Notes under the pieces: generated by a model
The model's database searches: none
Told to the model about the DNA's origin: nothing
Seen by the model: only the letters and a program-made list of their open reading frames with translations
Origin: a virus
DNA: 64,000 nucleotides
Direction: 5' to 3' (one strand)
Virus record (IMG/VR): IMGVR_UViG_3300028845_000223
Location: 2,547 to 66,546 of that record
Made by a program: the position numbers and the translations under genes
Shown: positions 24,701-33,692 of the stretch, one piece after another
Position numbering within the stretch: position 1 is the first letter of the stretch
Layout: each line of letters begins with the position of its first letter

Positions 24701-25587
24701 TCAGAATCTCCTCGAACCAATCCACAGGATTTTGCCCATCCAGGTTCATAATGAGGATTTAATCCTTTTAATACTCTCTCTGTAAACTCTTGTTCAGTTT
24801 CGGTGTTTTCCATTTTAGTATTCTCAGTATCCGTATTCTTGTTTAAAGAAGTTTTCCAACTCCCTTAATAAAGAATTAAGTTTTAACAATGTTTTTCTTT
24901 GTTCTTCATTTGAACCTACTCCATTAAAGAATTTAACATCAGAACTCATTGCTAACCTAATACAGTTTAGGACAACTGGACAAATATCGTTGTCTCGCTC
25001 TGTTTTATCTAGAATGTTTCCATTAAGTTTTATTTCGGCGTAGCCAAGAGCATACTTCGCTTGGGCAGTTAAAACCTTATCTTTTAATAAAGTAATTTCT
25101 TGTTTTAGTTCAACGAGAGTCATTTGTTGGTTCTTGATGAATCAGCCAAAGAAACATTTTGGCGCAATAAAGAATTATCGTCTTTTTGTTTCTGTATTGC
25201 TAATTTTAGATCAGCAATTTCGTTAAGTTCAACTTCTAAAGTTCCAACATCATAATTTGAAAAGAATTCTATTCCTGGTCCATTGGAATAGGGGCTTGTT
25301 TTTAATACAAGTTTGTTAAACTCATTGAATAGTTTACTTTTGTTTTGATAAATAGAAGGAAGACTTGTTGAGTTTTCTTGAAACCATTTTAAGAGATCTG
25401 GCAAATTTTCTTTTATTGCCTCCCTAGTATTGAAATTGTAATCTGTATAATCAGATTCGGTTGCCGTTAAAACTAAACTCTGAACAATTCCTTCTATCGC
25501 CAGAGCTTGTGAAGAAAATATTCCTATTAACTTAATAGGTTCTATCATTGTTTTTGTATTCCATATTAGTGCTAGATAAAGCTTCAT
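21691..25587 (-). other. Hypothetical ORFs 21691-22113, 22113-22493, 22506-22880, 22849-23247, 23213-23548, 23523-23774, 23790-24338, 24391-24813, 24824-25123, 25120-25587
   Basis: Abutting ORFs; 22849-23247 has the widespread phage motif YCHWDGYP; 21691, 22113, 25120 and 28921 share (F/L)(L/I)G-x-F(S/D)S-(E/Q). Confidence 0.7.
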
Positions 25588-25625
25588 TCTATTCTTTCTT
25601 TGACAAGATGATATTTAACAGTGTT

Positions 25626-26117
25626 ATGATTCCTAGCCTATCCAAGTTTATTTTTGAAGACCTTCAAGAAACAACCGTTGACAACAAGTTTAATTTTGGT
25701 CCTGTTTATCACGGAGGAACCTGGGATGGTATAAAATCAATAAAAGTAAATGGGCGAGGAGCTTTGGGAGTTGGTGCATATTTCACTCCCGATAAAAGTG
25801 TTGCCGAGGATTATGCCGCCGAAGCAGGTGGCAAGGTAGTTGAAACATTTTTATCAATTAAAAATCCTCTTAAGATATATTCAATAAAAGGAGATGGGAA
25901 ACATCCAGTATCAGAAGCTTTTATTAGTTTAGGAATGGAGGCAAACAAAGCTTATTCCCTTGTTGAAAAAATAGAAGAAAAACATGGTTATGTTGGAACC
26001 CAACTCAAAACTCTTGCGGTTTTAAAAGGTTTTGATTCTATCTTTCAATACTTTAATGGAAACTTACGAGAAATTGTTGTTTGGAATAAAGAACAAGTTA
26101 AACTTGTTGAGAAGTAA
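25626..26117 (+). CDS. ADP-ribosyltransferase-like protein, counter-oriented
   Basis: PVYHGG...GALGVGAYFTPDKSVAEDYA...GKVVETFLSIKNPL...EIVVW (H-Y-E-like ART pattern). Confidence 0.65.
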   Translation: MIPSLSKFIFEDLQETTVDNKFNFGPVYHGGTWDGIKSIKVNGRGALGVGAYFTPDKSVAEDYAAEAGGKVVETFLSIKNPLKIYSIKGDGKHPVSEAFISLGMEANKAYSLVEKIEEKHGYVGTQLKTLAVLKGFDSIFQYFNGNLREIVVWNKEQVKLVEK

Positions 26118-26370
26118 TATTTTTGAGAGCTTGTTCGACAACTTCTATTGGAATAGAAAGTTCATTAACGAAACAATAATCATCAGAGGTTTCTTTTAAT
26201 TCATTACGTTTTTTGTCTGCCGCAGTTCTATCGGCATACTGTTCAATCAAAACAGTCTCATACCTTGCTGGACTGTAATCATCTCCATACTTCGGAACTT
26301 TCTTATATTGATATACTTGATGTATTTTTATCATTTTAGTTTCCTTTTATAAACTACTGTAATTAACAAC

Positions 26371-26999
26371 ATGATAAGTTTAAAAGATTTTTTGTTTGAC
26401 AAAGAAGACGAAATCCCAGAAAAATACTTGAGTCTTGAAAAAAAATAAAACTTGGAATCGAAGATTTTTTATCGAAAAACAATCCAAAACAATTGGATCT
26501 TTTAATTCCTCAACTTAAAAACATTATCAAAGATAAGTTTGAGGAATTTGATAAAATTTATACTGTATATCGTGGAATGGCTTTAAGCCGCAAAGAATTT
26601 AAAGAAATTTTCTGGTCTGTATTAACTCCAAAACAAAAAACATTGTTTTATAAAATGGAAGATGGATTACAAGATCCTGTTGATTTTGAAATCATAAAAG
26701 ATTTTAAACTTAAACCAAAAAAGGCAAGATATATTCAATCTTGGACTTCTCAAAAAGATGTTGCCCTGAGTTTTACAAGTGGAGGAGAAGTTACCGTGTT
26801 GTGTGTTGCCAAAACAGAAACTCCTAATTTGTTTTTTGGAGAACCTGGGGAACTTGTTAAGTTTACCAAAGATGGATTCTCAGAGGAGAAAGAAACAATT
26901 TCAATTGGAACAGTTAAGTGTTCTGTTTATTTTGGTCCAAGCGTTGCAAACCTTGGTATTCAAAAAGATCTTAAAAGCAAGATATTTTCTTCCAAATAA
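26371..26999 (+). CDS. ADP-ribosyltransferase-like protein (R-S-E pattern), counter-oriented; frameshift in the A8 run at 26438-26445
   Basis: TVYRGM...QSWTSQKDVALSF...EEKET; MISLKDFLFD N-terminus joins by adding one A. Confidence 0.55.
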
Positions 27000-27190
27000 G
27001 AATCAATATTTACAGTGACACCATTTGCAGTAACAAGGAAAAGGCAGGTGAATAACAATTTCAGCAAGTCCAGATTGATAAATTAGTTTATTGCCGCCTT
27101 GAAAAAAAGGTTTATCTTTTTCTCTTTGTCTTTTTCTGAACTCATATCTTTTTTCTGCGTATGGACTCATTGAATCTCTTGTCTTTTTAG

Positions 27191-27264
27191 TGCGAATGAT
27201 AGGAGTTGAACCTACACTAAACAGTTTCTAAGACTGTTGCCTCTGCCAGTTGGGCTACATTCGC
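27191..27264 (-). tRNA. trnL: tRNA-Leu(UAG), short variable loop
   Basis: GCGAATG/CATTCGC acceptor, ACAGT-CTTAGAA-ACTGT. Confidence 0.85.
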
Positions 27265-27269
27265 AATTA

Positions 27270-27590
27270 TTAATAAAACCATTCTAAACCATCTGCTAAA
27301 ACAACAGATTCATAACCATCATATTCTTCAATTCTAAAAGGACCGTCAATAGTTTGAACTTTTAGTTGAAAAGCTCCACCCATATAAGGCGGACGAGATG
27401 TTGGAAACTTTTCTTTCCAATCTTTTAAAAACTGTTCTTCAAGAATATGGTCTATTTCTTTTCCATTTTCGATAGCATCAATAAAAGGTTGATATTCAAA
27501 CATAAACTGTTGTTCTTTTTTTGTTCCACTATACCAAGTGGTCCAACCAGCACCATATCCAGGGCTGTATAAAATCTTTTTTGTTTTCAT
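27270..27590 (-). CDS. Conserved phage hypothetical protein
   Basis: ILYSPGYGAGWTTW...FRIEEYDGYES. Confidence 0.65.
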   Translation of the reverse strand: MKTKKILYSPGYGAGWTTWYSGTKKEQQFMFEYQPFIDAIENGKEIDHILEEQFLKDWKEKFPTSRPPYMGGAFQLKVQTIDGPFRIEEYDGYESVVLADGLEWFY

Positions 27591-27615
27591 TGTTTTTTCT
27601 TTTGTTGAATTTTAG

Positions 27616-27687
27616 TTCGGGTAGCAGGATTCGCACCCACATAGCTAGAGTCAAAGTCTAGAGTCCTAACTGTTGGACGATACCCGA
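27616..27687 (-). tRNA. trnQ: tRNA-Gln(UUG)
   Basis: TCGGGTA/TACCCGA acceptor, CTAGA-CTTTGAC-TCTAG, variant T-loop TGCGAAT. Confidence 0.85.
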
Positions 27688-27813
27688 ATAATGCCAGTTT
27701 GTTTTTACACAAGATCGCTGGCGTCTTATGGAGATGTTACCATCTCAGTTGGTTTGTATGCCGACTTTCAATGTATTTTTCTTTTTCCTCCTTGGGATTT
27801 TAAAACATGTGAC

Positions 27814-28163
27814 TTACATTCTTCCATAATCATCTTGAAATCGTTTAATATCAGATTCGTCACATGTTCCATATTGAATTTCAATTATTGTAAGGTCTTC
27901 GGTTGCAAGAATTTTATGTTTTTGTAATCTAGGAATAGATATTTGTTTTCCTGCATTAACAGATATTTCGCTTAGCAAATCAATTTCATCTCCTTGTTTA
28001 AGGACACCGCAACCATTTACAACCACCCAATGTTCATCGCGGCAATTATGAGATTGTAGCGAAATACTATGATTAGCTTTTATAAAAAGCTTTTTATTTT
28101 AAAATTCAAACCTGTTTCGATTGTTTGAAACCATCCCCAAGGTCTCGTTTCTTTATCATCCAT
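27814..28163 (-). CDS. Mannose-6-phosphate isomerase type II-like cupin (frameshift in an A-run near 28090)
   Basis: RPWGWF...ISLQSH..R.EHWVVVNG...H......L.IIEIQYG..DESDI.R..DDYGR. Confidence 0.8.
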
Positions 28164-28172
28164 TTTATTTTG

Positions 28173-28245
28173 TGCGTCCTCCAAGGATCGAACTCGGGAC
28201 CAACAGATTAAAAGTCTGCTGCTCTACCAGCTGAGCTAAAGACGC
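28173..28245 (-). tRNA. trnK: tRNA-Lys(UUU)
   Basis: GCGTCTT/AGGACGC acceptor, GCAGA-CTTTTAA-TCTGT. Confidence 0.9.
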
Positions 28246-28252
28246 ATATGTG

Positions 28253-28645
28253 TCACTCTTTCTTTTTAATATACCCAGATAAGAAACCATTTTTGTTATC
28301 TTCTAGTATTTCAAGAACAGAAAAAATGATTTGAGGTTTCTTGTCTGTTCCGTGATCGTATAAAATGTTTCCAGAATCAACATCAACACATGCATTGCTG
28401 TTACGACCTTCATACACCACATAATAAGTTGATTTCTTTTTCATTACTTGAAAAAGTGTTGATTGAGTTGGTGATCCAACAAGAAGTTTTCTGCCGCGAA
28501 AACAAAGTATAGAACTTTCTTTTGTTTCAAGTTCTTTAAGAACTCGTTTAACAGCATCAAAGACTTTTTGTCTTGATTTATGTTTCTTTCGAGCTGCGAG
28601 AAACTCTCCTGGATTCTTTTTCTTTTCTCTTTTTGAATCTGGCAT
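28253..28645 (-). CDS. Hypothetical basic protein
   Basis: 130-aa ORF between tRNA genes. Confidence 0.55.
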   Translation of the reverse strand: MPDSKREKKKNPGEFLAARKKHKSRQKVFDAVKRVLKELETKESSILCFRGRKLLVGSPTQSTLFQVMKKKSTYYVVYEGRNSNACVDVDSGNILYDHGTDKKPQIIFSVLEILEDNKNGFLSGYIKKKE

Positions 28646-28670
28646 TTTATTCTCTACTTGTTGAGTATTT

Positions 28671-28746
28671 TGGAGCCCTTTATTGGATTTGAACCAATAA
28701 CATCCAGTTTACAAAACTGGTGCTCTACCAATTGAGCTAAAAGGGC
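28671..28746 (-). tRNA. trnT: tRNA-Thr(UGU)
   Basis: GCCCTTT/AAAGGGC acceptor, CCAGT-TTTGTAA-ACTGG, encoded CCA. Confidence 0.9.
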
Positions 28747-28750
28747 GATA

Positions 28751-28822
28751 TAGCGGGAGGTGGATTTGAACCATCGTCTCAAGGGTATGAACCTTGCAAG
28801 AAAACCACTTCTCCATCCCGCG
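28751..28822 (-). tRNA. trnM: tRNA-Met(CAU), initiator-like
   Basis: CGCGGGA 5' end with C1:U72 mismatch as in fMet tRNAs; CAAGG-TTCATAC-CCTTG. Confidence 0.75.
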
Positions 28823-28920
28823 ATAGTTTTATTATTTATGGCCACATTCAGTTACGCTCTGATACCTGAAGTTTTTCAGACTTCCGTGCTGGAACTATCC
28901 ACACCCTATGGCCGTTTATT

Positions 28921-29655
28921 TTATTCTTCTATATATTCATTAAGAAGATGTTCTGTTAACATAAATGTAAATTTTTGATGCGTTGATATATCTAACTCAT
29001 TAATAAAATTCTCATAAACTTTAAGACTGTTGTCACAACTCTCTATACTTTTTTCTGTTTCTTCAAGTTTCTCTAAAAGAGACTCTGCTTTGTTTTTTAG
29101 TTTTCCGTGTACACTAACATTTGAATATTCAAAATATTTTTTAATAACAGAAACAACATAGTCTTTTGCCCTTAAAGAAAGAACTTCTTCAGAATCAAAT
29201 GTTCCAAGAAACGTTAGTTTTTCTGAATCGTATTTTGCATATCTTTCGCAAAACAAAGAGTAAAGTTTCATTTTGGTTTATCCTTTTCAAGAAACACTGT
29301 TAGCAACACAGATACCATAACTCACACCAAACTTCTTGGCAAGAGCTTTAAGTCGTTGCCGCGTTTTTCTTTCCACTTTTATTTCTGGAATGGTGTCGTG
29401 GTCGCCATCGCCAATGGTAAAGATTTTCGAGGCAGAAACCAAATAAACCGAACCCTCCCCTGTAAAAGCGTTTCCAGAATGGCTATACCTCAGTCCTTTT
29501 TCTTTAAGAAATCCTTCAAATAGATATTCTTCAAGTTTTATCAAAAACTTATGTTTGTCTCCGTCTTCCGTAAACTTTCTAGGATAAGTTTTTAAAATCT
29601 GTTCTTTGGTTACAATAAATCCAAAAAATAATTTTGTTGTGTATGATATGCTCAT
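28921..29655 (-). other. Hypothetical ORFs 28921-29271 and 29287-29655
   Basis: Co-oriented ORFs; the first belongs to the FLGTF-x-SE family. Confidence 0.65.
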
Positions 29656-31217
29656 GATTGGTATATTGATTTTTCCGACGTAAAATGAGAAGTTGATTCT
29701 TTTTTCTCTTCTTTTTTTCCATCGTGGAAAATAGACCCAACAACTATCTCTGTATCGTTCTTATATGTAAAAACATGACGTTTTGTTGTTGTTGTTGTTT
29801 TACCCCCGAGGGCCTCGTTTTCAAAGGGAAACCAGCGTTGCTTAGTTTCATCTTTTTTAAAAGAAAGTCTCTTATCAACCTCAGATTTTCCTTTATAAGA
29901 AAAGTCTTTTTGAGCTATTTGGATCTGTTTGTTCCAAATTTCTCGAATTTTCTTTTCTTGTTCTTCCAAGGACATTCCTTTGATATTGATTGTTTCTTCT
30001 GGCGTGAACCAATGTTCAGGTCCTTGAGCAAGAGCACCCCCCGCATTTGTAACTTGTTTTGAAATTCTCGCTCCAAGTTTTCCATTATAGTCTTTGTAAC
30101 TTATTCTTCCCGCAGCTAGTTCAAAAACTTCTTTATTAGCATAAACCCTTATTTTATGTCCTTTTTGGTGGTAGTGTGCAACTCTTAAATAAGCTTGCGC
30201 AAGTGTTCCATAATTGGGTTCTCCAGGTCTATGATCATGTAAAAATGCCAAATATTGATGAAATCCTAATTCTGTTGATCTTGTACATGTTTGATTTACT
30301 ACTAATAAAGTTCTGTTTTTAAATTCTTGAAAATCTGAAACCAAATCTTTATATTGGTCCATCCAATCGAATCCATTATAAGCATCAACTGCAAGAATCT
30401 TAATATTCTGTTGTGATAGCCTCGCTTGAACTTTTGATTTTCTGAAGGCATTATATAGACCTACGTCTTTTTCTCCACCAGTTAATCTTAATATTCCTAT
30501 TGGTTTATCTTGTAAAGTTAACCACCAGTTAATAACTTCTTTTCCATGCTCTGTAAGGTCAGAACCATCAAAAAATGAATGTGGCTCAAAAACCAAATCG
30601 TTTTCCAAAAACCAACTAGCACCTTTGTATAAAGGATTTGGTTTTAATTCAATTATTTTTGCAACTTTACCAAAGTCTGAATTTTCGGCTTCTTCGTTTG
30701 TTGCTGAATAACATACAAGTTTTATTTTTCGTTCTTTACAAATTTCAAAAATTTTTGAGAAAAGATTTTTAATTCCTGTTCCATAATCTGATTCGTCAAA
30801 ATGTATAATCGCATTATTTGGGTTTTCTGTTTGTTTTAACTTTTGCAAAAGATTTCTTGAGTCTTTTGAAGACGCTAATACAATGACCTCTAATTTATAC
30901 TGTTTCAATTCTTCAATTTGTTCTTTTGTATCTAGTCGATTTAAAGCTGTAATAAAATAATGTCTATTTTGTACATCTTTTTGTGCATATGTTAATGCAA
31001 CAATTTCAGCTATTTGTCTTTTGCCGCTTTTAACTGGTGCTTTAACTAATACGTTAGAATTATAGTCTAATGCCTTGGTAATTTCGACCGCACAATCAAA
31101 CTGTTCTTTTCTATCCTTTTCAAACTCTAAAACATTCCAAGGATGTTGTCTTGGATTATTTTTTTCTCCTAATTCTGGACGATTATCCCTATACATCGTT
31201 GATTTCGTGTCAGTCAT
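29652..31217 (-). CDS. SF2 helicase-like ATPase
   Basis: VKAPVKSGKR (Walker A variant), HFDESDYG (DExD), YSAT (motif III), LAQAYLR (motif VI-like). Confidence 0.7.
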   Translation of the reverse strand: MTDTKSTMYRDNRPELGEKNNPRQHPWNVLEFEKDRKEQFDCAVEITKALDYNSNVLVKAPVKSGKRQIAEIVALTYAQKDVQNRHYFITALNRLDTKEQIEELKQYKLEVIVLASSKDSRNLLQKLKQTENPNNAIIHFDESDYGTGIKNLFSKIFEICKERKIKLVCYSATNEEAENSDFGKVAKIIELKPNPLYKGASWFLENDLVFEPHSFFDGSDLTEHGKEVINWWLTLQDKPIGILRLTGGEKDVGLYNAFRKSKVQARLSQQNIKILAVDAYNGFDWMDQYKDLVSDFQEFKNRTLLVVNQTCTRSTELGFHQYLAFLHDHRPGEPNYGTLAQAYLRVAHYHQKGHKIRVYANKEVFELAAGRISYKDYNGKLGARISKQVTNAGGALAQGPEHWFTPEETINIKGMSLEEQEKKIREIWNKQIQIAQKDFSYKGKSEVDKRLSFKKDETKQRWFPFENEALGGKTTTTTKRHVFTYKNDTEIVVGSIFHDGKKEEKKESTSHFTSEKSIYQS

Positions 31218-31242
31218 TTTATTACCATAAACTTTTAAAGAA

Positions 31243-31313
31243 ATATCAAGAAAGCAAAAAGACTAGTTTCATTCTCCTTGATTTTAGAAGGAAGTCTTTT
31301 TATGGCTTGATAT
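31243..31313 (-). ncRNA. Bulged-hairpin RNA family, copy 2 (directly after tRNA-Gly CCA)
   Basis: AUAUCAA/UUGAUAU, GC/GC, AAAAAGACU/AGUCUUUUU, UCCUUCUA. Confidence 0.75.
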
Positions 31314-31388
31314 TGGAGCGGCCAGCGAGATTCGAACTCGCAACACTCTGTTTGGAAAACAGAAACTCTACCGTTGAGTTATGGCCGC
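31314..31388 (-). tRNA. trnG: tRNA-Gly(UCC)
   Basis: GCGGCCA/TGGCCGC acceptor, TCTGT-TTTCCAA-ACAGA, U73, encoded CCA. Confidence 0.9.
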
Positions 31389-31395
31389 AGAAAAA

Positions 31396-31465
31396 AGTAG
31401 GAGAGCAAAGAAACTAGTTTTTATAATCCTTTATACTTTAGAAGGAAGTTTCTCTATAGCCTACT
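31396..31465 (-). ncRNA. Bulged-hairpin RNA family, copy 3
   Basis: AGUAG/CUACU, GC/GC, AGAGAAACU/AGUUUCUUU, UCCUUCUA. Confidence 0.75.
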
Positions 31466-31466
31466 A

Positions 31467-31683
31467 TGGAAACGTCAATGAACAACAAAACATAAGTTAC
31501 ATGCTTTGCGGCGCTGTTTCATGAGCTTGAACCAATGTCTAGCAACAAAAGAGGGTTTATTTCTTTTATTCTAGAGAAAACAGCAAGGGGCATACCTCGA
31601 TGGAACTCGTACGCCAAGAACATCATTCAAACAGTGTCTCTGTCTTCCATGAACTATAACTTACTTGAAGTTATTGACGTTCC
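31467..31683 (-). ncRNA. ~215-nt structured RNA candidate
   Basis: Closing stem GGAACGUCAAU/AUUGACGUUUC then CA; internal AUGGAA/UUCCAU helix; possible GGCGUAC/GUAUGCC pseudoknot. Confidence 0.5.
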
Positions 31684-31713
31684 TAAACCTCAACCCATCT
31701 GAGGTTGTACTTT

Positions 31714-31939
31714 GATACAAGAGAGCAAAGAAACTAGATTTCTGAAAAAGGAATAGAAGGAAGTTTCTTTATCTGTTCTCCAAAACTTACTTAAAATCAT
31801 TTCTGATTTTAATGTTTGGTTCCTGTTTCTCGGACAAACTGGTTTTTAAACGAAAGTTTAAAAACGAACTCTCATCTCCGCAGGCTTTTGATTCTACTTC
31901 CATAGAATTGGTTTCCGTGGAACCCACGGTACCTTTTAG
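31714..31939 (-). ncRNA. Long-form RNA copy A (~165-nt domain plus bulged hairpin), after tRNA-Asn
   Basis: Closely similar to 33241-33479, with compensatory changes. Confidence 0.7.
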
Positions 31940-32012
31940 CGGTTCCCCCGAGACTTGAACTCGGAACCTTTTGCTTAACGGGCAAACACTCTACCAGTTG
32001 AGTTAGAGAACC
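31940..32012 (-). tRNA. trnN: tRNA-Asn(GUU), C at position 33
   Basis: GGTTCTC/GGGAACC acceptor, TTTGC-CCGTTAA-GCAAA. Confidence 0.85.
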
Positions 32013-32023
32013 ATTTTATTTGT

Positions 32024-32095
32024 TGGTGGGAACCGTTGGATTTGCACCAACATCTCAAGCTTGAGTAGCCTGTGTTTTGCTTAAACTAAATTCCC
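32024..32095 (-). tRNA. Atypical tRNA-like gene (loop UACUCAA, nominal Glu CUC)
   Basis: Cloverleaf with CCA, 5-nt D-loop (GTTT-AAGCA-AAAC), T-loop TGCAAAT, no U33. Confidence 0.6.
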
Positions 32096-32123
32096 TTGTT
32101 TTGTTTCTGTAAAACAATATCTT

Positions 32124-32363
32124 TTATTCTTTTGGCCTTTTCCCTGGATGCTCCATAAACAAAAAGATAAAAAGAGTTGAAAATGGAGGAATCCAGTACC
32201 AAATTGATATTACTATGTTTATGCTTGCCGCGATAAATAAAGTCCAATATCTAAACCTTTTATCTTTCCATCTTTGAAGAGGACTGCTTACATCTATTGT
32301 TGTAATTTTTGGATGTTGCCGCGGAATTTCTATTTTATACGGTTTCCGATATGGATTATCCAT
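32124..32363 (-). CDS. Small membrane protein
   Basis: MDNPYRKPY... with a hydrophobic C-terminal segment. Confidence 0.55.
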   Translation of the reverse strand: MDNPYRKPYKIEIPRQHPKITTIDVSSPLQRWKDKRFRYWTLFIAASINIVISIWYWIPPFSTLFIFLFMEHPGKRPKE

Positions 32364-32369
32364 TTTATT

Positions 32370-32445
32370 TGGTGAACCCGACAGGACTTGAACCTGCAAC
32401 ATTTTGGCTGCAAACCAAACACTCTCCCAATTGAGTTACGAGCCC
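32370..32445 (-). tRNA. trnA: tRNA-Ala(UGC)
   Basis: G3:U70 pair, TTTGG-TTTGCAG-CCAAA, encoded CCA. Confidence 0.9.
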
Positions 32446-32450
32446 TTATT

Positions 32451-32975
32451 TTATTGGTAATATTCCTTTGGTAAACTTACATTTACATTTTTCACTTCAA
32501 TAATTTCTTTTGCCAAGAAACTTGTATGGCGATAATAGTATACTAAATTACCCATTTCTAAGTCAGACCTTTTTACCAAAGTTTTTTCATATTCAATTAA
32601 TTTTTTAATGGTTGAAAAATTGTTTATATTTTCTTTTAATTCCTTTTGCAAAGTTTTAATAAAACCTAAACCAACATTAGGATTATTTAAAATATTCCAT
32701 TTAGCTGTTTTAAGGTCAACTTTACCAGAATAACGATTGCGTTCTCTAAGTGTATAAAAGAAATATTCTCCATCATCTCTCTTTATACAACAATCTCCAC
32801 GTCTATATTCATCTTCTCCTCCATAATACGGAAATACTTCTGTTTTAAGAGAATCATCATTGACATTTTCAATCAAAAAATCAAAACGATTTAAATGCCT
32901 TATCAATAATTGTTCAACTATGTCTGTTTCATAGTCAAAGCAATAAATCTCTCCTCCATAGTTTAACTGGTACAT
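32451..32975 (-). CDS. Hypothetical protein
   Basis: 174-aa ORF inside the tRNA cluster. Confidence 0.6.
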   Translation of the reverse strand: MYQLNYGGEIYCFDYETDIVEQLLIRHLNRFDFLIENVNDDSLKTEVFPYYGGEDEYRRGDCCIKRDDGEYFFYTLRERNRYSGKVDLKTAKWNILNNPNVGLGFIKTLQKELKENINNFSTIKKLIEYEKTLVKRSDLEMGNLVYYYRHTSFLAKEIIEVKNVNVSLPKEYYQ

Positions 32976-33000
32976 CTTTATCTTTTCTTGAGGAATTTAG

Positions 33001-33072
33001 GAGTCAGGAATGGAATCGAACCATTGACCTCGCACTTCCACAGCACGGCTCTACCACTGAGCTACACGACTC
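33001..33072 (-). tRNA. trnH: tRNA-His(GUG)-like, imperfect anticodon arm
   Basis: G-1:C73 signature, canonical D and T arms, CTGTGGA loop with a weak stem. Confidence 0.55.
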
Positions 33073-33077
33073 ATATA

Positions 33078-33153
33078 AACACCAAGAAAGCAAGAAAACT
33101 AGTTTTTTCACCCTTTGAATTTTTAGAAGGAAGTTTTCTTATGGCTTGGTGCT
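33078..33153 (-). ncRNA. Bulged-hairpin RNA family, copy 5 (directly after tRNA-Glu CCA)
   Basis: CACCAA/UUGGUG, GC/GC, AAGAAAACU/AGUUUUCUU, UCCUUCUA. Confidence 0.75.
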
Positions 33154-33230
33154 TGGTGATCCCAATGAGATTTGAACTCATATTTCTCATTCTGAAAAAA
33201 TGGTAGCCTAAACCGTTAGCTGATGGGACC
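33154..33230 (-). tRNA. trnE: tRNA-Glu(UUC)
   Basis: GGTCCCA/TGGGATC acceptor, CCATT-TTTTCAG-AATGA, encoded CCA. Confidence 0.85.
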
Positions 33231-33240
33231 ATAATAAAAC

Positions 33241-33479
33241 ATACAAACGAGGAAAGCAAGAAAACTAGTTTCATTCACATATTGATTTTAGAAAGAAGTT
33301 TCCTTATATTGTTCTCCAAAACTTACTCAAAACCATTTCTGATTTTAATGTTTGGTTCCTGCTTCTCAGACAAGCTGATTATTTCCCAAAAAGGAAATAA
33401 TGAACTCTCATCTCCACAGGCTTTTGATTCGAAAGTTTTCATTCGAATCGGTTTCCGCGGAACCCGCAGTACCTTTTAG
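33241..33479 (-). ncRNA. Long-form RNA copy B, after tRNA-Asp
   Basis: Homolog of 31714-31939; same CUAAAAGGUAC start directly after the discriminator base. Confidence 0.7.
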
Positions 33480-33551
33480 CGGAGTATGCGAGAATTGAAC
33501 TCGCGACGCTCGGATGACAACCGAGTGTTATGACCATTTAACTAATACTCC
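33480..33551 (-). tRNA. trnD: tRNA-Asp(GUC)
   Basis: GGAGTAT/ATACTCC acceptor, CTCGG-TTGTCAT-CCGAG, G73. Confidence 0.9.
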
Positions 33552-33554
33552 TAG

Positions 33555-33684
33555 CAGTCGCCGATTGTTTTGCACAATCATTTTTGCTTGATTAAACCTT
33601 GTCTTATTTATTCGAGCTCGTGTTCCCGATAAAACAAACAAAGTTTGGGTTCATGCACTATTTTGCTGTTTAAACTAGGCGACT
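33555..33684 (-). ncRNA. 130-nt tRNA-like RNA with a long hairpin replacing the anticodon arm
   Basis: AGTCGCC/GGCGACT acceptor, GATTG-TGCAAAA-CAATC T-arm, TAGTTTAA D-arm start. Confidence 0.55.
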
Positions 33685-33692
33685 AGTATTGG

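Noticed and set aside
18700-28100. Programmed frameshifts at about 18712, 20518, 26440, 27095 and 28090
   Set aside because: Each sits in a short A or T run, and in the four I translated through, one added base restores a plausible protein. This pattern is typical of long-read homopolymer under-calls, so they are treated as assembly errors.
33030-33050. tRNA-Pro(UGG) reading of the 33001-33072 gene
   Set aside because: It would need G33; the G-1:C73 signature favours His(GUG), although the arm is imperfect either way.
33555-33684. tmRNA
   Set aside because: Too short, no G3:U70 alanine identity and no tag ORF.
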